DNA of 64,000 nucleotides from Schmidtea polychroa. Taxonomy: Eukaryota. The stretch lies in contig CM097886.1 of NCBI GenBank assembly GCA_044892525.1, forward strand, positions 6,014,001 through 6,078,000, in the 5' to 3' direction. The translations under genes and the position numbers were made by a program. This document shows positions 14,136 through 26,965 of this stretch, piece by piece. The stretch's first letter is position 1. Every line of letters starts with the position of its first letter. The notes beneath the pieces are model-generated. The model was not told where the DNA came from, ran no database searches, and worked only from the letters and a program-made list of their open reading frames with translations.

Positions 14136-14267
14136 TCAATAGAAATGCATTTATTCGCGATTGGCTCATTTCTAAATTACATTTCAATAACTTATTAGTA
14201 AAAATATTAGAAGTTTTGGATCATGACCATAATTTTCACCCAAGGTCGAAAGTTATGATCATGATAT

Positions 14268-15265
14268 TGTTGGGTTTTACTAGTTCAAGTCGGTAACCTC
14301 TGACTCCACGTGCCCTTTTAATCAAAAAAATAAACTAAGCAACGTATATTTGAATCACGAAAATATATTCTTTCTCGACACAAATAATCAATAACCAAGT
14401 TTTACGAGTTTAACCGATTTTCCGCTCGGTGTTGATGCTTTGAGAAAAAATAATATTCACCGTTTTATTCACTAGCTTCTCTGACCAACGTTTTCCTTTT
14501 TTATTCAATTTGATTCCTTTCCACTTTTTAGGTATCTCCTGGTTCTATATTTTTCTTTTTCTAAACTTCCTAATTCGTCTCTCTCCTGTCCATAAACTAG
14601 TTTTCTTCTAACCCTAGCTGAGGCAAAATGCCGGTTTGGTCTGATTTTCCCATTCCTTATATACTCTTCGAAATTGGGATGACAAATGGTTATTGCCGAG
14701 CCAATCTATCTCTTGACATTCGACTTCACATATCTGCTTCGGCAGTCACTCAGAATGGTCCAACGAACAAGTACTATTAAGGGTCCGATCGGCCTTTCAG
14801 CACGCACTATCTTCTACTCCTTCTCCTGTCTTTTCCCATTAATCATCGTGACACGATAATGGGCCCAAATATTCCTTCTGTTTATTTTTCTCTTTGTTTA
14901 CCCAGCTCGAGATTTCATTCTACTAGCTAATTAATTAATTAATTAATTTCATTTCTTGTCTTTCCTCTTTTACGCACCTTTTCGCACCCTCCTAGCACTT
15001 TTTGAAAATTCCGTTATTCTTCGTTATCTGTTCCACTCATGACCAATTTTTCAGACTTAAATTCGAAGTTATAAATCTTTTATCGATTTTTCTCAAATCA
15101 CCTTTTTTGTGCTTTTTCCATATACTGATGCACCTTCTTGAGCCTTTCTATCCATTTTATTTCTTCTTATTGTCAGTTCCTTACTTGACCAGTCTTACCC
15201 TTCTTTCATTCATTTCATTACAAATATAATTCAATTTTAATTTTAATTATTTTATAACCCCAACA
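14268..15265 (-). mobile_element. Solo LTR (998 bp), diverged member of the 36280/46935 LTR family
   Basis: TGTTGGG...CCCCAACA termini, 4-bp TSD ATAT (14264-14267, 15266-15269), shared internal blocks such as GCTGAGGCAAAATGCCG and ATGGTTATTGCCGAGCCAATC. Confidence 0.85.
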
Positions 15266-16232
15266 ATATTTAAAAATTAATTATATAGTGGATTTAAATT
15301 AAAAAAAACAATTTAATAAATACTAAAAGACAGAATAACAAAATTTTAAAATAACTTATTTTTTAGACTTGTAATAAACTCGATAGTGCACCAAAAAGAT
15401 AAACTATTAAAAATGTAACAAAACTCCTTTAAAAAACCTTCCTTTCATTTGTCTTAATTGCTTTTCTTCCCCCGGTTTCAAATTTAAATATTTTGGGTTA
15501 TTGCGTTGGTGGTAATATTTTAAAGTTAACAATCAAATCTCTGACTCCAAAACGTGCTTTATTTGATCCACAAATAACAATTCTTTCATAAATTAAAACT
15601 TTATAAAATATCTGCTGAAGGTAATATTTGTTCTTTCGAAAATTCTGGTTAAAAATTGAATAATTTTATTTTAAAAGACCGTTAACTATGTTCAGTTAAA
15701 AATTACTTCATTCAAATAATTTCATTCAAAAACATATTTAACTTATACCTATATGTCCAAGGTGAAGGTAGTCCAGATTTTTTTTCAAGATTTTTTTAAA
15801 GATTTTCCAGTAACATTATTTTCCATAGACTAGAATTTATATTCAGTTTAATATCTTCGTCAAAAGATAAAATTGACCATTCAAAACTTCAAATCGTCTA
15901 TTGCTGACTTGGCAAGATTTCTAGAAACACTTCTAGAAATCATAGATTCTTAACACTATTACTTTGTTTTTATTTAAATTTGAAAAACATACAAATAAAA
16001 TTTTAATTACTTACGTTCAATCAATTTTATTATAAATTGACTCAAGTTTTACGTATTTCCTTGAAATATAACTCAAAAACATCAAAATTTGATATCAATT
16101 AAATTTAAATTTGTGCTTTAATTTATCAATTATTAATTAATTTCGATATGTAAATAAATTAGTTAAGAATCGTTTTGTTTTATTATGTAAAACAACAAAG
16201 TATATGGTAACGTAAGATTTAAAAGTTTAAAA

Positions 16233-16371
16233 ATGACATTTTATGTTGTATATCGCCAAAAAGAATATGTTAAATATTATCATAATATATTCTCAAGAGC
16301 CACCTTATTTGTGATATTATTTTCACTAACTCCATTATTTGTATCAGCCATTGCAGCATATAGAGCTCAGG
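16233..16371 (+). CDS. TMEM231: TMEM231 exon 1
   Basis: MTFYVVYRQKEYVKYYHNIFSRATLFVILFSLTPLFVSAIAAYRAQG aligns with the TMEM231 N-terminus (..SKAALFLL..LVAFRSHG); GT donor, phase 1. Confidence 0.85.
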
Positions 16372-16427
16372 GTATTAACTATAGTTATTATATTAATAAT
16401 TACTAAAATGTATTTAACAAATGTAAG

Positions 16428-16696
16428 GTTTCTATACAACATCTGTTTTTATTCCAAGCCAACCAATAGTTAGTTTGCAACAAGATATGGTATTGATGTT
16501 TCTATCAGATTCCGGAGTCTATACATGGAGCAATTTACAAGCATCAAATCCAACTTGTCTGCCGGTCATTTCAATTACTGAAATAGATTCCAATTTCGAT
16601 GGAATCAATGAATCAGTGAACATAACTGTGAAATTATACAAAAATAATATTAGTGGAATAAAATTTCTACTGCAATTCGATTACAACGTTTCCACT
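16428..16696 (+). CDS. TMEM231: TMEM231 exon 2
   Basis: FYTTSVFIPSQPIVSLQQDMVL..WS..PVISITEIDSNFDG..GIKFLLQFDYNVST matches TMEM231 (QPTVRFQ..PLVSTREEDRNQDG..GVQLILTFSY); AG/GT boundaries. Confidence 0.88.
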
Positions 16697-16746
16697 GTAA
16701 TAACAAGTCTAACTAGATGGCAATTTTGATTGAAATCGTTTTTCAG

Positions 16747-16890
16747 ACGATTTCCACACTGAAAATCCAGCAGCCGATAGTGATCTCTATTGACGCACAA
16801 CAGACGGCTCGGAAATTGATCGTGACGGGTCGGTTGGATGTCTATCAAAAGCGGAGATTGCCCAATAGTGGCGTACTGACGATTTACAAT
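16747..16890 (+). CDS. TMEM231: TMEM231 exon 3
   Basis: 144 bp; TISTLKIQ..LIVTGRLDVYQKRRLPNSGVLTIYN versus [38 protein letters not shown] donor. Confidence 0.88.
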
Positions 16891-17929
16891 GTAAGCTCAA
16901 ATTTTCAATAGGCCATTAATTTTGCCATTTTTTATTTCTTTTCTTCTTAATTTTTGACATTTATATTTACTCGCGATACGCACCAATCCATCGCAATTTA
17001 CAGTTCCTTCGAAAATTGATATATAAAGTTAACTGAGATAAACCAGAAGTACTCTACAACTGATAAAATAAATGCAATTCGTCATTAGTTTTAATACGTG
17101 ACAATACCACCGACACCGAAGGGTTTCGATTCATCTTTCCTTGAATACTAAACTGATATAAAGAGCAGTTTGATTCTACAAAGGACATTTTTATGATTCT
17201 ATAATTGAAATTGGTTTATAATTCCATTATTTTGTATGTATCAATACGTCATTAATGGGAGGAGCGCATTACCCCCCCCCCCCTTCCCACTGATTTTGAA
17301 ACTGAACCAATGATTGAAATGAACTATTTTTGTTATCCATATTTGTTAGGTTTTGCTGTCTCCACAGTTTTATGTTATCTAATTATTGCACTTGACAAAG
17401 ACTTCTTCAACAAATCATTTGTATTTGACGGTGATGGTAAAATAGTAGTATGGCGTTGTTACATCAATTATGTATAAAGAATCCGAATCATTTATCTATG
17501 GCTCGATTATTAGAAAAATACTGGATTACCAAATTTTTTAGCAAATGTAGGTATCTCGGAAATTGATGATTTAGTAAAACAACTGTTCTTAACTATTTTA
17601 GGCTTTGAATTTTCTGGATTTCTTAGAAATATTATAAGTGAAATGGAATATTTTGAACACCGTTCTAATACCCTATTCTGCAGAGCTTTAATAAGTTTTT
17701 TTGCTAAAGTATCAGGTAAATCTTGAAAAGAATAAAAAGAAAACATCCTCTTGTTCCCTCCTTTTCCAAAACTTGCAGGTAATTCAGCATCCTCTGCTCC
17801 TTATATAAATTCATAATCGCTGCAGTTTTCTAAGTCTAAATCTTTATCAGATTAAAAAAAAAATCTCTAAAAAATCGTTATCTAAATCGCTTGTTTTGGG
17901 TTTTTATATATTTTTACTTGGGGGAAGAT

Positions 17930-18585
17930 AGTCATGACAAACGGGATGATTTATGGGAACCCAGAAAAGAAAAAGGAAGCAAAAAGAAATGAGAAAGAGG
18001 AATGAAACAAAAGAAATCAGACATGAAAACAAAAACAAAGGTCAGTACTAATTAATTAGTACAAAAGGAAAAGGAATTTCAAAATCGGGAAAAATAGAAA
18101 AACAACAATATTCTTATCTCTACAGCTGCCAAAGGTAACTCCATTGCAGGGAAAATTGGGAAATCATGTTGAAAAAAAGGGAAATTGAAGATAAACTTAA
18201 GTGCCACAAAGTGACGATGTATAAAACTAGGAGGCACAGCAGAAGCAGGCAGAACAATTTAGAAGAAAAGTTTAGAAGGAACAATCGAGAGAACAATTTG
18301 GGAAGGATCAGTTAGATGAAATTTGGGGAATAATTTGGAGATATAATATTTAATTTGGAGAATTTGAATAAAATTGAATCGGAGAAATTAAAGAGAAAAC
18401 AGAAATAAAGAGAAGCAGCAAGAGTTTATTTAGTGATAATAGAGTAAAGTTCGGCGAGTAAATCCAAGTCAAATCAGAAAACAACCAGTTAAAATTACCA
18501 ATTATTAAATTCCTCAGTTGTGAGAGATTTGTCAACTCAAGGTTATACGAGTGTGCTATTCCTCACCATAGTGTTGTAAATGACA
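17930..18585 (+). mobile_element. Possible 3' LTR remnant of another gypsy family, preceded by a polypurine tract
   Basis: GGGGGAAGA tract then (T)AGTCATGAC start, ATGACA end, purine-rich body with a TAATTAATTAG core; no TSD found. Confidence 0.45.
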
Positions 18586-18866
18586 CGGTATAATCGATAG
18601 TTTAGTCAATTGTATCATTGTGAAAATATTTGAGATATTCAATAAAGTTTCCAGTGTTAATTGTTAATTGTGGATCAGTCAAAGACACGCTTGGAGTCAG
18701 ATTAAGAATTCAAATTTTATCACCAACCCAATAACCCAACATAATAAATATTGTCACAAATTGCAAGTTGAATACCATGATTTAAACATAATTGGTGAAT
18801 CACAGATGACGACTACATCTTAAATTTTTTCATAACAGATGGTTCGTCGGTTGTTACCACCTAAAC

Positions 18867-19033
18867 CAGGGGTCTCAAACACGCGGCCCGCTGCGTTACA
18901 TTTGGCGGCCCCCAACGAAAAAATATAGATTTGTAATTTAACCAAACTTATTTAACAATTAAAATCATAATTGGCTGTATAAATTAAAACTTATCTTTTT
19001 AATTATTTTTATTTATACATATGACGTTATACA

Positions 19034-19113
<80 letters not shown>

Positions 19114-19285
19114 TTAATAATAAAAAAAATGTTTTTTAGTTTTGTTGAGTTTTTTATTAAATAAATATTAACTTCGGATTTTCAGACTCCACATGTTCTG
19201 AAAAACAATTATTTATGTTGCGGCCCGCCGGCTCATAATACTAGTCTAATGCGGCCCGCAGGCCAGTTTGAGTTTGAAACCCCTG
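18867..19285. mobile_element. hAT-family MITE
   Basis: CAGGGGTCTCAAAC/GTTTGAAACCCCTG TIRs, perfect 8-bp TSD ACCTAAAC, GCGGCCCG subterminal repeats. Confidence 0.92.
19033..19111. repeat. (ATT)n microsatellite inside the hAT MITE
   Basis: Uninterrupted ATT run of about 26 units. Confidence 0.95.
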
Positions 19286-20180
19286 ACCTAAACATTACTT
19301 AAATTAATTTCAAAACTAGAAAGTTTTTATTGAAGTAGATTTTTTAAAACTTCAGTTGCATAAATTCTGATAAAAACTAGGTTATACTAGCTTCCATTCC
19401 AATATTATATATTTATGTTCAAAGAATGACGATTTTTTAAACTTGTCCATTCGTGAAATGTTAATCTTAATAATAAAATTTCTTTTTAGTAGAAATTAAT
19501 TTTTTAAGAATTTCCAATTTTACTAATTAATAGTGAAATGAGTTAGTAAATCTCTATATAAAATTATTATGGTTAAATGGTAGAAGTGAGATCAGTTAGT
19601 AGAAATAATTATTTCTGTTAAATTTTTATATTTAAATTCTATATTAAATTATATCATATTATATTAAATTAAATCAATTAAATGTATGACCAGTAATTAC
19701 ATCAATATTAATAATTATCACGCCTCGGTGTTTAAATACACAAGCAAACGGCACAATTTTGAAGTTGTTATAAAAATAAATGCTTGAAGAAGACTTGAAT
19801 TTACTTGTGTCTAACAAATAGTATGAGTTTAACATTAGTTTTGGGCTTGGGCAATTGAAAACCTTATAAACGAGCTTTTGCAAACATTAGAAATTGAAAA
19901 TCCAACCAAAGCACATAATCTAGCGACGATTTCAGCCAATTATTGTACATTAGTGTGGTTTAAGATCGCCAATTGAATTCCCAATTCGATTCATTTTATT
20001 TACGTTTTAATACCTTGTCCGAATGAACAGCCGAAAAATGACGAATTAATCCTTTGCATTTGGTCTTTGTAGAACACTATTTGCACACCTCCTTTTCACA
20101 GCTTTCGTCCCTTTTGAAATGGTTACGAATTTCCGACGAATTATTTTTTAAACATTGTCTGATAAAAAGACTTTATAATA

Positions 20181-20670
20181 CAGTAAAACCTCTACTTAAG
20201 ACCACCTCCCTAAAGATATTTTTAGTTTAAATATTTTTTTAAAATTAAAATGGGAGTAAAAAAAACGAGAAAGGAGCTTACATTGAGCGAGAAGATGGAT
20301 GTTATTAAATCTTCTGAGCGAGGAGAAGGACAGAGACTTATTGCAAGACGATTTTCTTGTAGTAAAACGCAAGTCCACAATATCATTTGAGAGTGACTGG
20401 GAAGAAAAACTGATTTCTTCTTACACTAGTTTGGATGATGCATCAAGTAAGGTTTCTGAAGCAAACGAAGAAGAATCTGATTTACCAAAAATTGATTTAA
20501 AAACATCTTTATCTTATATTCAGCAGATTAAGAATCTTAGAATGGAACTGGGTGACAATAAATTAGTTGACATAATGTTTCAAGCTGAACAAAAGTTGAC
20601 GAATATGATAGTTTTTGATAACAGTGAAGCCAAATCGAAGAGACAAACAACATTAGATGAGTTTTTATAA
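20181..20670 (+). mobile_element. Internally deleted pogo/Tigger-like derivative
   Basis: TA+CAGTAAAACCTC left end; frameshifted CENP-B-type HTH start (RKELTLSEKMDVIK) joined to a transposase C-tail (KRQTTLDEFL); no DDE core. Confidence 0.65.
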
Positions 20671-21833
20671 TAAAATCTTCAGGATGACCTGGAGCATTAT
20701 CAAGTACAAGAAGGAACTTACGATGCAGTCCTCTTTTGATTAAATACCTTTTTACACCTGGCACAAAAAGGTTATGGAACCAATCGTTGAACAATGCGGC
20801 AGTAACCCAAGCTTTCTTATTGGAATTATAATACACGGGAAGATTATTGATATTTATCCCTCCAGAAGAATGGCTTCAAAAATGAATAGTTATACGATCT
20901 TTTAACATGTCCTCTGTGGCATTTTTTCCAAAATAATCCAGATTCATCAGCATTAAAAATCTGATCGGGACTGTAAGACTTAGCGATAATAATTTCAGCA
21001 AATTCTTGTGTATAATGTTGTGCTGCTTCTATATTAGCAGATGGTTGTTCACCTTTTAATTTTAGATTATGCAAAGAATATCTTTGCTTAAACAGTTCGA
21101 ACTAACCATGACTTGCATGAAAAAGCGTCTTATTCGCAGAAGTAGACGGCAACTGATTATGAATTTTTTCATAAATTTTTAAGGCTTTATGGAATTGGTA
21201 TCAATTGGAATCCGTTTTTGACTTGGGTCTTCTATCCATATCACTAAAGCCTTTTCCATATTTTCCATATCAACATTTCTTACGTGTGAAGTTGTGCTCA
21301 TACTCGTAGACATTCCGGCTGCTAAACTTTTTCTAATTGAGTTTTCGTTTTTTTATTGTTCTTATTGTAGCTTCATTCATAGAATAAAATTTGGCTACAT
21401 CTACAATTCTTTCTTTATTACGTAGACGGTCCAAAATTTCAATTTTCGTTTCTAAAGATATAACTTTTGATAATTTTTTCTTTTTCTACGGTTAAACTAA
21501 AACTTTAAAAAAAATCAAAAAATGTTACACGACAACTTCTTATTTACTTAGAGTAACTTTACGTATGAGTTAGTTATGAAAATTAGAGTTTCATATGTGT
21601 GTAATTAACGACAAAATTTGAATATTAAAAGAATTCACATTTTTTGTATTTTTATCAAAGTACATACATAGTATACATTTCTAAAGTGATAATAATATGT
21701 ATAAAACTTAAATATTACCCGATTATAATTAAGCAGATATAAATTCGCATGAGGTCAAAATAAAACCATTTTAGGTAAAAAATTAAGTTCGAAAACGTGT
21801 TAAACGAGTACCGTGCTAAACGGGGGATAGGTG
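20671..21833 (-). mobile_element. Truncated Tigger/pogo transposon with disrupted transposase
   Basis: DDE_1 motifs QIFNADESGLFWK and KAWVT..F..W..LLVLDNAPGHP; HTH LETKIEILDRLRNKE; end CACCTATCCCCCGTTTAGCACGG followed by TA at 21834. Confidence 0.8.
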
Positions 21834-23199
21834 TATTTTAAATTATATCACGATATATTACCTAATATTTTCTAGTTCTTGTTAAGTCATTATTTGAAGG
21901 TCATATTTGTAAGTATCTTTCATTGATATACTTTAGGGTATGCAGCCTGTATTTCTTAAAACTTCTGAAGAATTTCATGAAATTCCTATATATCTGATTA
22001 TTTACATCCATTATGTATTTATGTATTTGATATTTTCTACAAAAGTTTCCACTTGGACTATCACATGAGATATAAGCTTCCGTATCTCAGGAGCAAACGA
22101 GGTATCCACAATTACAGACTTGTGTTACTTGAATTTGCCATCAAAGTAATCTATGGATACTCTTTTTGACATGTTTTGTCTTTCAGTGTCATAAGCATAT
22201 ATCTACCCAAATTGCAAGATACACCACATGTTAAATCTAATATTAAATGTTCCAGTAAGATTTGATTTTTTGACTCTGCGCTTTGATTAAATCACACAGA
22301 ACCAAATAAATTGTAGAGTTTATTTTCTTTATATCACAATTTCACAGAATCGATTGCTTTAAATCAGTAACAATTGAGTAAGTTTACCAAAAGTAAACTA
22401 CTCAATGACGCTTCCAATCGTTGATGCTTTGAATATACAAAGACGTTTCAACAATTTCTAACCTTTCTATAGTTTCTTTTGTCTCTTAGGTTTCTAGCTT
22501 CTTTAAAATGTTTCGTCGATTTGATATTTTTTCTGTCCCTATTTTGTTTTTGACCTCTGCTTATTTACTATTTGGTTGACAACCAATTATCAATTTAATC
22601 CTCAAAGTGGAGATGGTAACTATTGATTTTAATTGGATGGTCATATTCCTAGATGATCTAAACCAATCATCAATCTAACGGAACACCATTGAGCTTGAAC
22701 GATTTGGAGTTATTTACACATTTTTTTGAATTATTAATTAATTACTTAATCAGTTTCATTTTTATAATACCTTTACCTGAGAAACCCTGTACATTTCTAA
22801 TTACTATTTTCGCTATTAACACGTATTTTCTAGCCGCTCATACCTTTTCTTCACAAAATATTGATTTTTGATTATAATTAATTTTTTATTCAAGATTTTG
22901 AGTTTCATCTGCTTCACATTTGAATTTTTTGTACTTTTAAATTTAGTTGTGCATTTTTATATAACACCAACATATAAATCTCAGGAAATTTTAAAATTAC
23001 ATCGCAAAGTTCAAAGAAGCAACCACAATATTGTTATGGCATCGGCTGAATCTTATGATGTATATATTATAACCATGCCATTCGCGGTCAGCTAATAAAA
23101 CGTTTCGCAATTTGTTTAATTGGGTGTTTAAGACTGTCGATAATAATCGACTTTTACGGTTTATTCATTAATAACAAATAAAATGTTTTGTCTATACTA

Positions 23200-23286
23200 G
23201 GACGTTTCATCACCGGACTGTTTATCAAGAGCACAGTTCATCAACGGATGATTCATAACAATTTTATTTAATACAATATTATTATT

Positions 23287-23317
<31 letters not shown>

Positions 23318-23442
23318 ATAAATCTATTATATAAATTATAATATAAATCTAGACTTTTATGTATACATGTAAAATAATAAATAATGGAGGTTTTTCTTTG
23401 TAATTAATATATCATGATGAACTGTCCGGCGATGAGTCGTCC
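23200..23442. mobile_element. Small MITE-like inverted-repeat element
   Basis: GGACGTTTCATCACCGGACTGTTTATCA and TGATGAACTGTCCGGCGATGAGTCGTCC form imperfect inverted repeats around an AT-rich core; no clear TSD. Confidence 0.55.
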
Positions 23443-23663
23443 AGACACCGTTTTGTCATAAGCCAATTAACTTTTCCAACTTGTACAATTTCGTGAAGTA
23501 AAGGGAAGTGTAAAAATATGAACATATGACTTTTTACAATCGTAATATATTGGCAGTCTCTTGTTAGTCAATTGGTGTGATTGTGTAATAGTTTTAACAT
23601 TGCAGTGTAATATTATTTTTCTGATTTGCTATTATTATCATTTGTCTCTCACATCCATATCAG

Positions 23664-23748
23664 AACACGTACTACAACAGGTCGTCAAGTGCAAATGTTC
23701 TTGGAAACCCGTTTGACAATCTCGCGAGAAATATTTCTGACCGTAATT
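23664..23748 (+). CDS. TMEM231: TMEM231 exon 4
   Basis: CAG acceptor, NTYYNRSSSANVLGNPFDNLARNISDRN, GTGAGT donor; phase 0 to 1 as required. Confidence 0.75.
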
Positions 23749-23793
23749 GTGAGTGATGGATAATTAATTTAAACGTTATTCAAAGTATTCTAG

Positions 23794-23896
23794 TTACGGT
23801 AAAGTTAGTGGATTTGTTCACTGGTTGGCAGTTATCTACAAACCCAGACTTGTTCGAAGTGAACATCGAAATCCTTTACAATCCGGTTACATTACA
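23794..23896 (+). CDS. TMEM231: TMEM231 exon 5
   Basis: TVKLVDLFTGWQLSTNPDLFEVNIEILYNPVTLQ versus TTVLNDPNPIW..PFVINAIIRYPVEVI; phase 1 to 2. Confidence 0.8.
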
Positions 23897-23948
23897 GTAA
23901 ATTTTGATTCGATTAAATTGCTACAAATATTAATTGAATTGTTTATAG

Positions 23949-24138
23949 ATATCATACGGAATTCTGGTCCATGGTTAAATGGGCCTGGGTGCAATGGTTT
24001 TATTTTCTCGTTATATTCATGTTCTGTTTTCAAAGGTTTAAAGAGTTTGTTTTTGAAAGTTTTGCCGTTTCACATAGAAAACAACTGACACAAATGCACA
24101 AATGTGACATTCAACCGAACGGGAACGCAACAATTTGA
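23949..24138 (+). CDS. TMEM231: TMEM231 exon 6 (terminal)
   Basis: YHTEFWSMVKWAWVQWFYFLVIFMFCFQRFKEFVF versus [35 protein letters not shown]. The six exons total 930 bp = 309 aa plus stop. Confidence 0.9.
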
Positions 24139-24793
24139 CATCTTATGTATATTTCCGTGGCGTTGATGATAACAATGTATTTTTCTATTATTTAACTATT
24201 GACATGACCTGACTTTCTGTTTTTTTCAGTTTTCGTGTCGTAAAATTATAAATTTAGTGATTATATCGAGAGAATTCTGAACACAAATACAGGACGGATG
24301 TGTATCAAATATAATTAATTTGATCAAAAAAATATTAGGCACTCGTGTTGGTAGATTTCTCAATTGAAAATGAAATGTGGAAAAATGTAGATAAATGTGT
24401 TAATTTTTGCAAATTCATAAAAAATGATTCAAAATGAAATTTATTATCAAGACTAGTATTATATATAAAAATTAAATAATATATTATATAATTATATACA
24501 TCCCAATGGCATAACTTAAAATCTCAGGCCCTAATTCTTCGCATAAACAAATTTTCACAAATAAGTGAAAATCATCCCTAAATCCAATTTCAACTATTTT
24601 ACCGAAAATTTACACCTAATCATTGTCGAAAGAATAGAGAACAACTACTATATTAAAGTTAAACTTTAGAAAAATTTTGCAATGTTTAAATACATAATCC
24701 GAAATCAATTTAACATTATAATGCATTCTAACTTAATAAATTAATTCTTACATTTATCTCGAGTTCCTTTGCGTTGCAGAATGAAAATGAATA

Positions 24794-25254
24794 GGTTAGG
24801 CTGATGATCCTAGTCCCTCTATAAAATAATTTTAAAAACTGAAGAATTAGCCGCTTAATTTCTCTTATATACTGAATTCCGACCAATCAGAATTCAGCGC
24901 GGTTGTAATATTTTGATTTTATTCTTTTTTACTCTTCCTATACTTTTTCTCTTATTTTTGGCGGTTTTATTATTAATTTATTTTTTATTCTTAATTTCCT
25001 TTCTTTAGTCGATTTTTAGGTAATTTTATCGTATTTTTATTGATTTTTATTGTTTATTTTAAGTGTAATGTCTTTATTCTAATTTCTTGTGCTATCCTTT
25101 CTGTTATTTAATTTTTCTATTTTCTTAGATAATTATTTTTACTATTTTTCTATTATTTTTTCTGGTTTCTCTTTCTCCAGGCTAGTTCTCCTCCTTTATC
25201 TTCTATTAATTATGAATTTGAATATTATTATTTATTTTGGTCATCAGCCCAACA
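24794..25254. mobile_element. Probable solo LTR (about 460 bp) of a further family
   Basis: Near-inverted termini GGTTAGGCTGATGA/TCATCAGCCCAACA; ATAG/CTAG flanks (imperfect TSD). Confidence 0.55.
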
Positions 25255-26689
25255 CTAGTTAGGAATTTAAGGAGAAAGTTAAAGGTAAAAGAAACTTCTC
25301 TTATAACTGTTATTACTAATTACAGCTTCATTCAACAGTTTTGAGGTAGACAAATTATCTTCTAAGGTTGTGGAATTGTTGAACACCTAGTCGATGAAAG
25401 CTTAATTGTTGTTTCAGTTTGTATCTACAGTCGATCCTGCACTGCTTGAGCTCGCAGTGACTCGATTTGTTGCAGTCATCGCTTCATGACCTCCAGACTA
25501 AAACAGGCCTCCTCTATTTTTTGGACTTGATATTTTAGCACTTCAGTTCTGCAACGTAACACTTACACCTTCCTTAACGCGTCTTCTCGGTCGGCTCGTA
25601 TTTTCCCTTGTAGATTCATAACTAAAAATTAAAGATAAGTAAGTATTATTGCCAGGGTTCTACATATTTGAACTAAGCGCGGGAGCGGGACTATATAATT
25701 TTAGGTTCATCATAAAACTTTCGTGATATTTCCCGTTACAACTCTCTACCGAGGGTCAATCCCCATTTATTAATTGCAATGTTGCTCTTCGTCAAATTAT
25801 TCATTCGAACTACTGCATCAAATATTCATATAAATAGTTATGGATCCTATGAAAATCTCCTCACCATAATTAACCCATTAATGCCTGTAATACAAAAAGA
25901 GAATTCAGAATTATTCATTGAACAAGAAAATAGAGATTAAATGATAAAGTGATAATGAAATTGATAAACTCAAAAGGTGAAAATCTTCATTGAGATGTAG
26001 TAGAATTATTTATTAATTAATTATGGTACTATTGGAGGTATACTTGCTAAATGGAAAATCCATTGAGAAGTGTTATTGAAATATTATTGATGAGAAGAAG
26101 GTGAATAAGAGTGCAGATATATTAAGTAATAATTGTACTTATTTAAAATTATTTTATTTGTTGGTTTTTAAGAGCAGAAATATTTGTGGGGGATTATAAG
26201 TGATTAGATAATAATTAAAGGGAAAATAATGATCATGATTTTGGATTTAAACTAAATGACGAGATCTGGTGGTTAAAAGTTTAACTCCTATCAGATTTAT
26301 GCGAAAAATTAAATTTACTGAACTTGGGTATCCAAGGAGCATCCGAAAACGTCAAAATTGAGATCATTTGGTGAGAAAATAGTAGAAGATGAAAATATTA
26401 AAAGAAATATTTAATTGCTTTCCGACTGTCGACCAATCGCAATACAAGAAGAAAATTGTCCCAAAAGTTTTGATCTCTCTCACGGCGCAACAGTCAGCAC
26501 TACAACATTAGTTTCCATCGCCTGATCTTGATGAATATGAATGGGTGATAAATCTATTCGCAATCAGTGAAATATACATCTTGACAACTGAGGAATGACA
26601 AATGACAAATTCTATTACTCAATATTTACTGATGCACTTGGAAGAGTTCTAGCTTTCAGAGTAAAAATTCTTTTCCTGTAATTAGCCTA

Positions 26690-26965
26690 AAAGCAGTAAA
26701 TATTATGTTGCCATTTTCATCTTCGTCGTTCTGTGAGTTTGGCTTTTCAGCATTAACTAAAATCAAGTCTAAAAAGAGGCTTCTCAGAATTGATGATGAA
26801 ATGAGGGTTTGTTTGTCGACTTTGGAGCCTCGGTGGAATATCATCTGTTCTCATATGCAAGCTCAACCTTCACACTGAAAAAATATGTAAAAATGAAAGG
26901 TTTCCTTCATAATTTATTGAAAATGTATGATGTGCAACGGACGTTTTTCCAATTTACTTAGTGTG
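26690..26965 (+). mobile_element. hAT (Buster/ZBED5-like) transposase C-terminal remnant
   Basis: LPFSSSSFCEFGFSALTKIKSKKRLLRIDDEMRVCLSTLEPR..MQAQPSH matches the Buster C-terminus; GTGTGCCACG subterminal motif follows. Confidence 0.7.

Noticed and set aside
4662-15265. The two solo LTRs as ends of one giant element that captured Post2
   Set aside because: Each LTR has its own distinct TSD (AAAT, ATAT), there is no adjacent PBS or PPT, and the two are clearly diverged.
16940-17190. TMEM231 exons 4-5 directly after exon 3
   Set aside because: All frames contain stops; better exons with correct phases were found at 23664-23896.
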